Positions 1-9,294 of a stretch of 54,679 nucleotides of DNA are shown here, piece by piece. A program made the position numbers and the translations under genes. How positions within the stretch are numbered: the stretch's first letter is position 1; each line of letters begins with the position of its first letter. Below the pieces are notes generated by a model. The model had not been told where the DNA came from and made no database searches. It worked only from the letters and a program-made list of their open reading frames with translations. Source of the stretch: an uncultured Gammaproteobacteria bacterium (GTDB taxonomy: Bacteria; Patescibacteriota; Microgenomatia; Levybacterales; UBA12049); NCBI GenBank assembly GCA_964540925.1, contig CAZIOR010000002.1, forward strand, positions 1 through 54,679, written 5' to 3'.

Positions 1-10
1 TCTTGAATTT

Positions 11-946
11 TCACTCTGATTTATATTTTATTATTTCGTCTAAGCTTTGAGAAGTTTTATTTTTTTCTGATAAATTAATAATTAAATCAGCAGTAAATCC
101 AGCAAATAAAATTTGTAAACCAGCAAGAACCAAGAGCATTCCGAAGGTTAAAAGTGGTCTCGTACCAATAGATTGACCTAAGAAATGCAACAGAGTTAAA
201 TAGAAAAGAATAAAAAACCCAATAACACTAATTGCCCCACCTGCCATACCAAAAAAGTGCAATGGTCTTTTAGCATATTTTGTTAAAAACAAGATGGTGA
301 ACATGTCAGGCACATCTTTAAAAACTTTAGAAAAACCGTACTTGGATTTACCAAACTTCCTTGGTTCATGTATAACAGGTATTTCTGTTACCTCAAATCC
401 TTTTTCAGAAACTAAAAGCGGAATAAACCTGTGCATTCCACCATATAAATTAAGGCCCTTTGCAGCATCTTTTGTATATAATTTAAGTCCACAGTTATAA
501 TCATGTAGATGTACTCCCCAAAAAGCAGACATCATGAAGTTAAACAGTTTTGAAGGAAGCTTCATGTAAATAGCGTCTTTTCTATTTTTTCTCCAACCTG
601 AAACTAACTCAAACCCTTCTTTAGACTTATTTAATAAATTAACTATTTCCTCAGGCCTATCTTGCAAATCCGCGTCTAAAGTGACTATGTAGTCTCCTTT
701 TGCCATCTTAAAACCATAAGTTAAAGCCTCAGCTTTTCCTTGATTTTTCCTAAATGAAAAAATTCTAACTTTTTTATCTTCTTTATTTAGATTTTTAAGT
801 ATCTCTAAAGACCTATCTGAAGAACCATCATCAATAAAAATGATTTCATAATCCTTATCAATATCTTTTAATGCAGCCACTAAACGGGGATAAAATTTTT
901 CAAGACTTTCCTGCTCATTCATTACAGGAACTACTGCTGAAATCAT
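11..946 (-). CDS. GT2 polyprenyl-phosphate glycosyltransferase, GtrB/ArnC/DPM1-like, with two C-terminal TM helices
   Basis: 311-aa ORF with an ATG start. N-terminal ISAVVPVMNEQ...IFIDDGSSD fold. DADLQDRPEEI and SGWRKNRKD motifs are typical of DPM1/GtrB/ArnC-type enzymes. Two hydrophobic helices lie near the C-terminus (FFGMAGGAISVIGFFILFYL, LLTFGMLLVLAGLQILFAGF). Confidence 0.85.
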   Translation of the reverse strand: MISAVVPVMNEQESLEKFYPRLVAALKDIDKDYEIIFIDDGSSDRSLEILKNLNKEDKKVRIFSFRKNQGKAEALTYGFKMAKGDYIVTLDADLQDRPEEIVNLLNKSKEGFELVSGWRKNRKDAIYMKLPSKLFNFMMSAFWGVHLHDYNCGLKLYTKDAAKGLNLYGGMHRFIPLLVSEKGFEVTEIPVIHEPRKFGKSKYGFSKVFKDVPDMFTILFLTKYAKRPLHFFGMAGGAISVIGFFILFYLTLLHFLGQSIGTRPLLTFGMLLVLAGLQILFAGFTADLIINLSEKNKTSQSLDEIIKYKSE

Positions 947-952
947 AATTGT

Positions 953-961
953 ATTATAGCA
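953..961 (-). promoter_or_regulatory. Extended -10 promoter (TGcTATAAT) 6 nt upstream of the ATG at 946; predicts a leaderless mRNA
   Basis: The minus strand reads TGCTATAAT-ACAATT-ATG. There is no good -35 (ATTAAT at 17-nt spacing), but the TGn extension is present. Confidence 0.5.
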
Positions 962-1002
962 TTTACCAAGGCAAAATTAATAATAGAAATTTATTTTAAG
1001 AG

Positions 1003-1011
1003 TGTTATAAT
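1003..1011 (+). promoter_or_regulatory. Extended -10 promoter (TGtTATAAT) for the methyltransferase/YfhO-like pair
   Basis: The plus strand reads TGTTATAAT at 1003-1011, 13 nt before the ATG at 1025. A GGGTGA Shine-Dalgarno-like element lies at 1015-1020. The -35 is poor (ATAGAA). Confidence 0.35.
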
Positions 1012-1024
1012 ACTGGGTGAATTT

Positions 1025-1747
1025 ATGCTCTTATATCCTATTAAATATTTTTGGGACAGAAAAATTGTTCCAGGATTTAAAATAAAAAAGAATGATCTAG
1101 TCTTGGACATTGGATCTGGAGACAAGCCTTTCTGGAGAGGAAATGTATTTCTAGACAACTTAGAGCTCAAAAACCTACATAGACACACTGATACCCAAAC
1201 TATTAAAGATTTGGGATTGTTTGTTAATGGAGATATTACTAAAACAAAATTTAAGAATAAAGCTTTTGATTTCTCTTTCTGCACTCACCTATTAGAACAT
1301 GTAGATAGGCCTGATTTGGCAATAAAGGAGATAACTCGAATCTCAAAAAAGGGCTATATTGAAGTCCCAAATGGCATAATTGAATTTATAAGCCCCTTTC
1401 ATAGTCACATTTGGTTTATATTATTTGACGGAAAGAAGTTAACTTTTGTTAGAAAAGGAAAAAAACTACACGAATCCTTACTCAGAAATGCAGTTAATTA
1501 CCAAAATATTATTCCAAACCTAAAAAACCCTTTTATTAGATTATATTGGAAAAATAAAATTGAATACGAAATAATCGATTTAGAAAAAGAATCTGATAAG
1601 TATTTCCCACCTGAAACTACTCCCAAAACAAATAAAAACAAATCTTTATTAATATTAAGCACATATTTCTATATGACTTTAGTAAAAATATTAAGAATAA
1701 TTTACTCAGTAAACAATAAAGTTGAACTAAAGAAGATATCTAAATGA
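1025..1747 (+). CDS. Class I SAM-dependent methyltransferase with a C-terminal hydrophobic helix
   Basis: VLDIGSGDKP (motif I) and FDFSFCTHLLEHVDRPDLAIKEITRISKKGYIEVPN (Methyltransf_11-like). Hydrophobic tail LLILSTYFYMTLVKILRII. The stop overlaps the next ATG (ATGA at 1744-1747). Confidence 0.75.
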   Translation: MLLYPIKYFWDRKIVPGFKIKKNDLVLDIGSGDKPFWRGNVFLDNLELKNLHRHTDTQTIKDLGLFVNGDITKTKFKNKAFDFSFCTHLLEHVDRPDLAIKEITRISKKGYIEVPNGIIEFISPFHSHIWFILFDGKKLTFVRKGKKLHESLLRNAVNYQNIIPNLKNPFIRLYWKNKIEYEIIDLEKESDKYFPPETTPKTNKNKSLLILSTYFYMTLVKILRIIYSVNNKVELKKISK

Positions 1748-3633
1748 AAATAAAACTTATTTTGCTATTTATAGCTGCGAGTTTTATAATTTTATTTCAA
1801 TTCCTAAAATCACCAGATATAATCATAAAAAATGATCTTAATGGTAATATTGTTCCCCTGCAATACTTCAAAGAATCAATTACAAAAAACCACACTTTTC
1901 CCTTATGGAATCCTTATATTAATCAAGGCATACCGACAACTGCAGATCCTTTATATGGAATATATAATCCCATCATTTCCATACCAATCTTATTGTTTGA
2001 ATATAAGGATGCAATTAAAATAATTTATTTTGTTTCAATTCTACTAGCCATGATTACGATGTACTTATTGGTAAAAGAATACAAAATTAGAGATAGCATA
2101 TCTATTTTAATAGCTATTAACTATTGTTCTGGAACATATTTAATTTCAAAAATTACAGCTGGGCATTTAGAAAAGATCGTATCATTTGCATTCATGCCTC
2201 TTTTAATCCTTACAGTAATTAAATTAATACGCAGAAAAAAATTAAAATGGGCGGGCACTGTTGGCTTAATTTTATCTTTAATTTTATTTACAGGAGACAT
2301 TTATAATGCACTTTATTCATTGTATACGCTGCTAGCTATCTTAGTGTTTTATTTATTTAAGGATAAAAAAATTAGTCTTTTAATATTTATAAGTATAATT
2401 TCATTCTTACTTTTTTCCAGCATAAAGCTTTTTCCAATGATAGAACTCCAACAATATATAACTAAAATTAAAGAACCTTTTGTAGGTAATTTAAACTTTC
2501 TGTCAATTTTCTACTATTTATTCTTTCCGTTTAGTAGTTTCTATAAGACTTTTTTACCTACTGAGAATTTCCTCTCTAATGCATTTGGCTGGTGGGAAAA
2601 TTTTGCTTTTATAGGTCCGTTTTCGTTTTTAGGATTAGTTTATTTATTTACTAATAAGATTTCTAAATACAAGACTGAAAAAAAATTATTTATCTTATTA
2701 ATCGTTTTGTTCACCTTGATGTCCATGCCAGGAGAAAATTTAAATCCCTTAAAATTTATAATCTCAAATTTTAGCATCCTTCAATATTTCCATGTGCCGA
2801 GTAGAATATTGCTTTTATTTAGCATTGTGGTCTTATTATTTTTTGGCCTATATGCAGAAAAATTACATAATAAAAAATATATATTCTTCTTACTTTTAAT
2901 TAATTTAGTAATTACATTTTGTTTTTCACAATATATATTTAATAAAAACCAATTTGATAAATTAGATAAAAATTATTCAACTGTACTTAAACATATTAAG
3001 CAAAATAATCTAAATAATTACCCCACTGTTCATTATAATTCACAAGGAGACTTACCTCAGGACATAGCGTTAAATAATAAAATCTTATTACTTCAATCTA
3101 ATTACGGGTTATTTTTAAAAGGTAGCTTAGGTGAAAAATATAATTTTAAAGGTAATAATACTTATCAAGATATTTTACCCGGACTCATCATATCGGATTC
3201 GAAAATAGAACTTAAAAATTATGCATTAGAAAAGAACTTTAATAAAATATATCTATATAAAAATACAAATACTTTATCATTTGCTACCTTTGATAATAAA
3301 CCAACATCTTTTACTTTAAAACCCAACTCAATAATTATTAATGTTAATTCCAATAAACCAGGTATATTAAAACTTCTTGAAAGTAACTATCCTGGCTGGA
3401 AAGTATTTAAGAATGGACAGGAAATAAATTTGGAAAAAAGCAGATTTTTAACAATAACTACATCTCCAGGAGAAAATAAATACGAGTTTAAATTTATTTC
3501 TAAAAGCTTTTACTTAGGGTTAGCAATTTCCTTTATTAGCTTAATCTTATTTATTGCTTATCTAGCAAAAGTAAATAAGTTATTTCTTTACCTTAATAAC
3601 CGCCGCATTATAAGTAAAAAATGGTTTCAGTAA
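1744..3633 (+). CDS. YfhO-like GT-C-type polytopic membrane protein
   Basis: 629 aa with many TM helices. N-terminal loop PLWNPYINQGIPTTADPLYGIYNP resembles the YfhO signature. The C-terminal ectodomain carries SNYPGWKVFKNGQEI and is followed by a terminal TM helix. Confidence 0.6.
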   Translation: MKIKLILLFIAASFIILFQFLKSPDIIIKNDLNGNIVPLQYFKESITKNHTFPLWNPYINQGIPTTADPLYGIYNPIISIPILLFEYKDAIKIIYFVSILLAMITMYLLVKEYKIRDSISILIAINYCSGTYLISKITAGHLEKIVSFAFMPLLILTVIKLIRRKKLKWAGTVGLILSLILFTGDIYNALYSLYTLLAILVFYLFKDKKISLLIFISIISFLLFSSIKLFPMIELQQYITKIKEPFVGNLNFLSIFYYLFFPFSSFYKTFLPTENFLSNAFGWWENFAFIGPFSFLGLVYLFTNKISKYKTEKKLFILLIVLFTLMSMPGENLNPLKFIISNFSILQYFHVPSRILLLFSIVVLLFFGLYAEKLHNKKYIFFLLLINLVITFCFSQYIFNKNQFDKLDKNYSTVLKHIKQNNLNNYPTVHYNSQGDLPQDIALNNKILLLQSNYGLFLKGSLGEKYNFKGNNTYQDILPGLIISDSKIELKNYALEKNFNKIYLYKNTNTLSFATFDNKPTSFTLKPNSIIINVNSNKPGILKLLESNYPGWKVFKNGQEINLEKSRFLTITTSPGENKYEFKFISKSFYLGLAISFISLILFIAYLAKVNKLFLYLNNRRIISKKWFQ

Positions 3634-4230
3634 ATCCACTTTATTTGTTAATCTTTGGAAAAGTAAAACAAATCTATACATTTTTTCATTCAAAAAGAAA
3701 GGCGGATAAGCATCAAAATGCTTAAAATTAGCATTTGGAAAGTATTTTAATATTTTTTGTTTAAATTCATTTTGAGTAAAATGCTGATGATTCTTTAATT
3801 TAGTCACCAAAAAATAAAATAAAGGGTTATATCTATTTCCCTCTAAAATAACAACTGTTGCACCTTTTGCAGACACTCTTCTTACCTCTTCTAATGTTTT
3901 ATCTACATTGTCTACATGATGTAAAAGATCTTTCATATAAACAGCATTAAACTGATTTGTTTTAAAAGGTAATTTTTCTGAATATGTCTTAATAAATTTT
4001 ATCTTCTTACTTTTTATACTTAGCCATGATTTATAAGATATTGCATCTGCCGCAATAACAGTTTTTGCAAATTTAGCAAACTCAACACTATCTAGCGCGA
4101 AACCACAACCTAAATCTAGTAAGTTTTTATTTGAAAACAATCTAACAATTCCTAATTTTTTAAAATAATCCTCTCTAAAAATTGCTGATGGCTTACCAAA
4201 AACATCTCCGTAACTAAACTTTACTTTCAT
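3580..4230 (-). CDS. Class I SAM-dependent methyltransferase
   Basis: LLDLGCGFALDSVEF (motif I), FNAVYMKDLLHHVDNVDKTLEEVRRVSAKGATVVILE. The 3' end overlaps the convergent gene 1744..3633 by 54 nt. Confidence 0.8.
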   Translation of the reverse strand: MKVKFSYGDVFGKPSAIFREDYFKKLGIVRLFSNKNLLDLGCGFALDSVEFAKFAKTVIAADAISYKSWLSIKSKKIKFIKTYSEKLPFKTNQFNAVYMKDLLHHVDNVDKTLEEVRRVSAKGATVVILEGNRYNPLFYFLVTKLKNHQHFTQNEFKQKILKYFPNANFKHFDAYPPFFLNEKMYRFVLLFQRLTNKVDLLKPFFTYNAAVIKVKK

Positions 4231-5989
4231 AATAAAATAAACATAAATAAATAAAAATAAAAATTATCAAAGAAGCTAAGCTAACTATTGATCCAATCAA
4301 AAATTGAGTATTTGTATCTGAATCAATAGCTTGAGTCACAACATTATTACTGTAATGATTAATTTCATAAATTTTTAAACCACCAAAGCTTCTTACAACT
4401 TTTAAATCTGGTATTTTACTTATTAAATTACTCGTCTTTAAATATTCGTTGTGATCATATTTTCTATCTTTAATAAATATTTCTCCCCTATTATCAACTG
4501 GAATAATAATATATTGAACTGAATTGTTGGCCAAATCTTTTAGTTCTGTAGTATTTAATTTACCTACAATTGCCGATGCAGTACTAATTTTAAAATATTG
4601 ATCAGCGGCAACAGCGGGATGCATAGGAGACTGATATGAAAATCTTGAAGGGTGAGGAATCCATAAAGTTCTAGAAAAATTGTTTTGATTACTCATGAAT
4701 TTATCAAATTGAGTATATTCTGCGGGAACAACTGATTTTTGTAATGTACCCGGTAATTTACCTAAATATCCTGGAAGCATTAAGTAAATAAAATAAATCA
4801 TAAAAATTACAGGCAATACTTGGAATATTTTTTTAATCGTACTTAGCTTATATAATGCATAAGGAATCAACACCGAGAATGCTACAGCTGTTAACATGTA
4901 CCATTTTGTTGAATCTCTAAACAGAATAAAACCAGGAACATGGCTAAACATAAATAAATAAGCCGCTCCAAAAATTTCATTTGCACCTTTTCCCAAAAAT
5001 ATTCCCAATAAAGCGACTATTGAGAATAAGATGACATAAAATTTTTCTTTTTTTTCTTTAGTAAGTAATAAAGAACTAAATGCTAAGAGAGGAAGTAGTA
5101 AAAATTCAGGTCTTTGAAAATATATTTTCCCAAAAATATTCTCTGGCCAATTTGGATGAAGAAGACTAAATGAGTTTTCAAATGTTGCAAAGCTAAAAAA
5201 CTTAACTGATTCTAAAGAGGTATATGCATCGCCTAGACTGTTGAATGCGCTAACCCCAGTAAATAATGAAGGAAATATCCAAAATATATTTAAAAATATA
5301 TCTACAAAGATAGGAAATATAAATCCATAAATTATTAATTTATAATCAAATAATTTCTTTGTGGTTATTGTATTCAAAAGGTAAATAATTACCATTATCC
5401 AACCAGTCATATATGTAACTCTCATGTCCAATAGAGTTTGGAGACTTAAGATAAAACCTAGGGAAAGAGATAAGAATAATAATTTTCTAGCTTTTTCTTG
5501 AATTAACAATAAAATTAAGATAATTAAAGGAATTAGTCCATAAGCTATTCCAATCAATACTAATCCTCCAGAAACTAGCATTAAGATATAACTATTTAAA
5601 ACAAAAACTAATGGAGCAATAAAATATATTTTATTATCTGGGAATATTTTTCTAATCAAAGCGATAATCGATACAGTGGAGATTATTAGGAATGGAAACA
5701 GAATAAAAACTCTTTCTAAAAATTCCCAAGGAAGATTAAATATTTTTCCAAAACTTAAAGGAATTGCCATAATGAAATTTACTGCAGAATATAAAATTGA
5801 ACTTCCTCCAAAACCATTATTTGCCCCAAAAAACAAAGCATTCGGAATTAACGTGTGATTATTAAACATTGAAGGGAAAAAATACCATAAATCCCCACCG
5901 GTAATCACTCCTGGTAAAAACCAACTTTTATAAACCCATAATACAGACAATATAAAAAATCCAAATAATAATTTATTTATTTTTTCCAT
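4214..5989 (-). CDS. Polytopic membrane protein, GT-C-like; paralog of 6973..9294 (possibly AftD/DUF3367-like)
   Basis: 591 aa. Shares with 6973..9294 the motifs ITGGDLWYF / ISGDDTRLYY, VPGFILFRDSTKW / VPGFVMFRNFYDKF and PAEYTQFDKFMS / PNEYLDFMS. It has a C-terminal ectodomain plus a terminal TM helix. Confidence 0.5.
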   Translation of the reverse strand: MEKINKLLFGFFILSVLWVYKSWFLPGVITGGDLWYFFPSMFNNHTLIPNALFFGANNGFGGSSILYSAVNFIMAIPLSFGKIFNLPWEFLERVFILFPFLIISTVSIIALIRKIFPDNKIYFIAPLVFVLNSYILMLVSGGLVLIGIAYGLIPLIILILLLIQEKARKLLFLSLSLGFILSLQTLLDMRVTYMTGWIMVIIYLLNTITTKKLFDYKLIIYGFIFPIFVDIFLNIFWIFPSLFTGVSAFNSLGDAYTSLESVKFFSFATFENSFSLLHPNWPENIFGKIYFQRPEFLLLPLLAFSSLLLTKEKKEKFYVILFSIVALLGIFLGKGANEIFGAAYLFMFSHVPGFILFRDSTKWYMLTAVAFSVLIPYALYKLSTIKKIFQVLPVIFMIYFIYLMLPGYLGKLPGTLQKSVVPAEYTQFDKFMSNQNNFSRTLWIPHPSRFSYQSPMHPAVAADQYFKISTASAIVGKLNTTELKDLANNSVQYIIIPVDNRGEIFIKDRKYDHNEYLKTSNLISKIPDLKVVRSFGGLKIYEINHYSNNVVTQAIDSDTNTQFLIGSIVSLASLIIFIFIYLCLFYYESKV

Positions 5990-6989
5990 TATTAAAATTC
6001 CTTATTACATCTAGGTAATTAATTTTATCTTTTGGTTTTTTAGAGAAATCTAATATCAATTGCACTGCACTAATTATTAATATAAAGAATATATAGATAC
6101 TTAATTTATCTAATGCCGGGTCTAGCTTAGAATAACTCATAATCACCAATGCAGTAAACATTAAAATTATATTGATTAAAATACTCACGGAATAATCAAA
6201 TTTATACATAACTACATTAAATATCCAAAAGCCTAATAAGATAAATAATATGCCGGAATTATATTCAACAAAAAATACTGAATCAATAAGAATTAATGCT
6301 ACAGCTAAATATGCTAAATATTGTCTTTTAAATTTAAATTTACGATTTAATTTAATGATTAAAAAATAAAAAAATAAAGGCAAAAAGAAAATAATAGATG
6401 ATAGCAAGAAATCTATATTGATTAAATGTAAATAAATTTTAGTTACAAAGAATTTAACTGTTTTTATTGGACTGGATAAAATTTCTTGTTTTGAATATTT
6501 ATATACCAATGTTACTACGGGCTCATTATTACTAATCATTACTGAGTTTGTTTTCTTACCATCCTCAGATTTTATTTCAAATTCATAAATTTTACCTGCA
6601 GAATTTTCCTGCAACGGAAAGCCAAATGGCAATACAAATGATTTATCAAATTCGCTGATTGGATAAGTGGATGAATATGCAAAATTAGAATTTTTTTCTT
6701 TTATGGAAAAATACAGTCGATCATTTCCATTGTAATTTATTCCTCTATATTTATTAAACTTAACTTGTAAAATCCCTAGATTATTTTTTAAAGCAATAAA
6801 TTCACCTTTAACCGTATCACCCTTTACCATGAAATCTTGTGGAAAATGTTTTATAACATTTTTACTTAATGGATAAACTAATGCTGATACACTGTGAGAA
6901 TTAAATACAATCGCACCAATAAAGCAGACAAAAAACAAAAACAAAGGAATTAACCAATAAATGACAAGTTTGTTATTTTTTATTTTCAT
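5973..6989 (-). CDS. Membrane protein of unknown function (N-terminal TM, beta-rich ectodomain, C-terminal multi-TM block)
   Basis: I start it at the ATG at 6989 (MKIKNNKLVIYWLIPLFLFF). The longer track ORF starting at 7061 would overlap the upstream gene by 89 nt. I recognise no family motif. Confidence 0.5.
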   Translation of the reverse strand: MKIKNNKLVIYWLIPLFLFFVCFIGAIVFNSHSVSALVYPLSKNVIKHFPQDFMVKGDTVKGEFIALKNNLGILQVKFNKYRGINYNGNDRLYFSIKEKNSNFAYSSTYPISEFDKSFVLPFGFPLQENSAGKIYEFEIKSEDGKKTNSVMISNNEPVVTLVYKYSKQEILSSPIKTVKFFVTKIYLHLINIDFLLSSIIFFLPLFFYFLIIKLNRKFKFKRQYLAYLAVALILIDSVFFVEYNSGILFILLGFWIFNVVMYKFDYSVSILINIILMFTALVIMSYSKLDPALDKLSIYIFFILIISAVQLILDFSKKPKDKINYLDVIRNFNNGKNK

Positions 6990-9294
6990 AATATTTATAA
7001 CCCCTGTATAAAAGATAACCGACATTTCCTCCAATAATAAATAATGACAAGATTGTCCCAATATAAAAATAAACTTGAGGCACGAAATAAAGCACTAATC
7101 TTAGATTTACTGAACCATCTTTATTAACCGTATAAGATTCCTTGGTAAAATTATCTCTGACAAATTGTGCATCTATTTGCCACTTATTTATAAAAAAACT
7201 GGTATAGGGTTTGTGGGATTTTTCAAATACCGGTTTTTTAAATAAATAGCTAAGTTCATCTCCTAAAATATACTTATCCGCTTCTTTACATTCAGTAATA
7301 GAATTAATTTTTTCTACAACTCGACAATTTAACTTATTTGATTTGTTGATAAACAACTTCCAACCCGGATGAAATGAATCATAAAAAATAAGGTCTTGTT
7401 TACCGTTAACATTTTTAATTTCTAATTGAAAGTATGTTTCGTTTATTTTTTTAAATGTTAAATTTTTAGTACTAATTAATGTATTTAAATTCTTAAATTT
7501 ATACAATTTATAATTCCCATTTTTACTGGACAATAAAGGTTTTTCATCCACAAGGTAAGCCAACATTTCCTTGCCTTGTCCCTTATTCATCCTCCTGTCA
7601 AAAACCCAAGAATTTAAAACTGTTTGCGGAATATTAGTATTTAAGAAAAGATAGTTTACGTTATAAACATACAAAATTTTACTAAGACTTTTATAATCTT
7701 TATTTATTAGATAATATTCAATCATTCCCTTTGCATCTGAAAAGAAAAATGATAAAAATCCTGATATATCATTTACTCCTGAGAACAATTTAACTGGAGA
7801 TGTTCCTGTATATACACTATTAGAATTCGTATCTTTAATTACTGAATAAAGAGCCGTTCCGAAAGGTACAGTAAATATATTATTAGTTGAAGAAACGTTC
7901 TTTTTGACTTGCGACATAAAATCTAAATATTCGTTTGGAATTTCAATATTTCTATAAATATTTTTAGTCTGCCATAAAGGTGCATTAACAATATTACCTA
8001 CTTGAGTAAAATTAAAAATAATTAAAATTGACAATAAAACAAATATAATATTAAAAAGTTTTAAATTAAATTTCCTGACAGCTGTAAGAGATAAAGCAAG
8101 TAGGACTGAATAAAAAATAACGTATGCTAATGCGAATTTATCATAAAAATTTCTAAACATAACAAAACCAGGAACTTTACCCAACAATAAAAATAGTGGT
8201 TTTAGTGGCCCAATATTAACCGTTAATGCAAATAAGGCAAATAAAAATGCAATAAAAAAGACAATATAAATTCTTTTTTCTTTATTAGATAAGTATTTAT
8301 TTAAAAATAACAATCCTAAAAAAAGTGTGCCTATGAACAAAGAATTTAAAAAATATGTTTTGTCATAGAAGTTTACGAAAACGTTTTGTAAATCCCAACC
8401 AAAATCAAAAACTAAACGCCTATGGAATAGATTCATTAAAGGGTAAATGATGTTGCTATGCGCAGTGGCAAGAACAGTTGGAGTAAAAGTATCGGCCACT
8501 CCCTTTGATAAAATCTTTGAACCATAATTTATATCTGATTTACCAAAATATGTAATTACAAATGACAACAACCAAAAAGATTGAGAGATGGCAATTGAAA
8601 GTAAAAATATAAAAGATCTTACTAAATATTTTTTAACATCTTTAAATTTATCTAAAAAGGAAATTACTACAAAGCCAAGTATAATTGGGACAATAAATGC
8701 AACCCACCATGGAATCGAAAATAAAGCTAGCGAGAACACTATCCAACAAATTACTGCCAAGGAAACGTATTTATAATCATTAGTTTTAATAAATTTTACA
8801 AAAAGATATGAACTTAAAGGTAAGGCAGGAATCAACCAAATTGTTGATAAAAATATAAATAGTTGATTAATAGAAATTATCGGAGAACAAATAAAGAATA
8901 ATGAACTAAGTATTGATATGGAATTTGATTTTTTATTTGCTAATATTTCACTGATGAACATTTGTAAAAATAGAAAACCCAATATTAGGGGTAAACTAAA
9001 AGATAAATAATCTATAACTAACCTAGATTTAAATACTAATTCGAGCATTGTCCATATTAATAAAAAGGGTGTCATAAACTGAGTTGAAGAATAAAAACCT
9101 ACTGAAGAAAAATGATGCCAGGAAGAAAAAGTAAATTCTTTAAAATATTCGTATGGAAAAGCGTAATATAAACGCGTATCATCACCGCTTATATAAAATT
9201 TACCTTTAAAAAGAAAATAGGGTAAAGCCAAAAAAAAGATTGATATTAAGATATTTACAATTAAAATTCTGTGTTTTTTAAATAATCTAATCAT
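6973..9294 (-). CDS. Large polytopic membrane protein, GT-C-like (possibly AftD/DUF3367-like)
   Basis: 773 aa. Roughly 14 TM helices are followed by a ~300-aa ectodomain containing SFHPGWKLFINK and a terminal TM helix. Paralog of 4214..5989 (motifs listed there). Confidence 0.5.
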   Translation of the reverse strand: MIRLFKKHRILIVNILISIFFLALPYFLFKGKFYISGDDTRLYYAFPYEYFKEFTFSSWHHFSSVGFYSSTQFMTPFLLIWTMLELVFKSRLVIDYLSFSLPLILGFLFLQMFISEILANKKSNSISILSSLFFICSPIISINQLFIFLSTIWLIPALPLSSYLFVKFIKTNDYKYVSLAVICWIVFSLALFSIPWWVAFIVPIILGFVVISFLDKFKDVKKYLVRSFIFLLSIAISQSFWLLSFVITYFGKSDINYGSKILSKGVADTFTPTVLATAHSNIIYPLMNLFHRRLVFDFGWDLQNVFVNFYDKTYFLNSLFIGTLFLGLLFLNKYLSNKEKRIYIVFFIAFLFALFALTVNIGPLKPLFLLLGKVPGFVMFRNFYDKFALAYVIFYSVLLALSLTAVRKFNLKLFNIIFVLLSILIIFNFTQVGNIVNAPLWQTKNIYRNIEIPNEYLDFMSQVKKNVSSTNNIFTVPFGTALYSVIKDTNSNSVYTGTSPVKLFSGVNDISGFLSFFFSDAKGMIEYYLINKDYKSLSKILYVYNVNYLFLNTNIPQTVLNSWVFDRRMNKGQGKEMLAYLVDEKPLLSSKNGNYKLYKFKNLNTLISTKNLTFKKINETYFQLEIKNVNGKQDLIFYDSFHPGWKLFINKSNKLNCRVVEKINSITECKEADKYILGDELSYLFKKPVFEKSHKPYTSFFINKWQIDAQFVRDNFTKESYTVNKDGSVNLRLVLYFVPQVYFYIGTILSLFIIGGNVGYLLYRGYKYYENKK

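Noticed and set aside
991-1284. A 97-aa minus-strand ORF spanning the divergent promoter region and the 5' end of the methyltransferase gene.
   Set aside because: It overlaps the two extended -10 promoters and a motif-supported methyltransferase. Its sequence has no recognisable features.
6990-7061. N-terminal extensions offered by the ORF track. These are 6990..7061, 37001..37135, 44961..45011 (TTG), 49013..49051 (TTG), 28838..28855 (GTG), 27220..27225 (TTG), 17192..17200 (TTG) and 19409..19414 (TTG).
   Set aside because: I checked the first codons on the sequence, and several are non-ATG. The extensions create long overlaps with upstream genes and add non-hydrophobic or odd peptides ahead of an obvious Met-Lys-rich signal/TM start. 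A nearby ATG gives the compact junction seen elsewhere in the locus.
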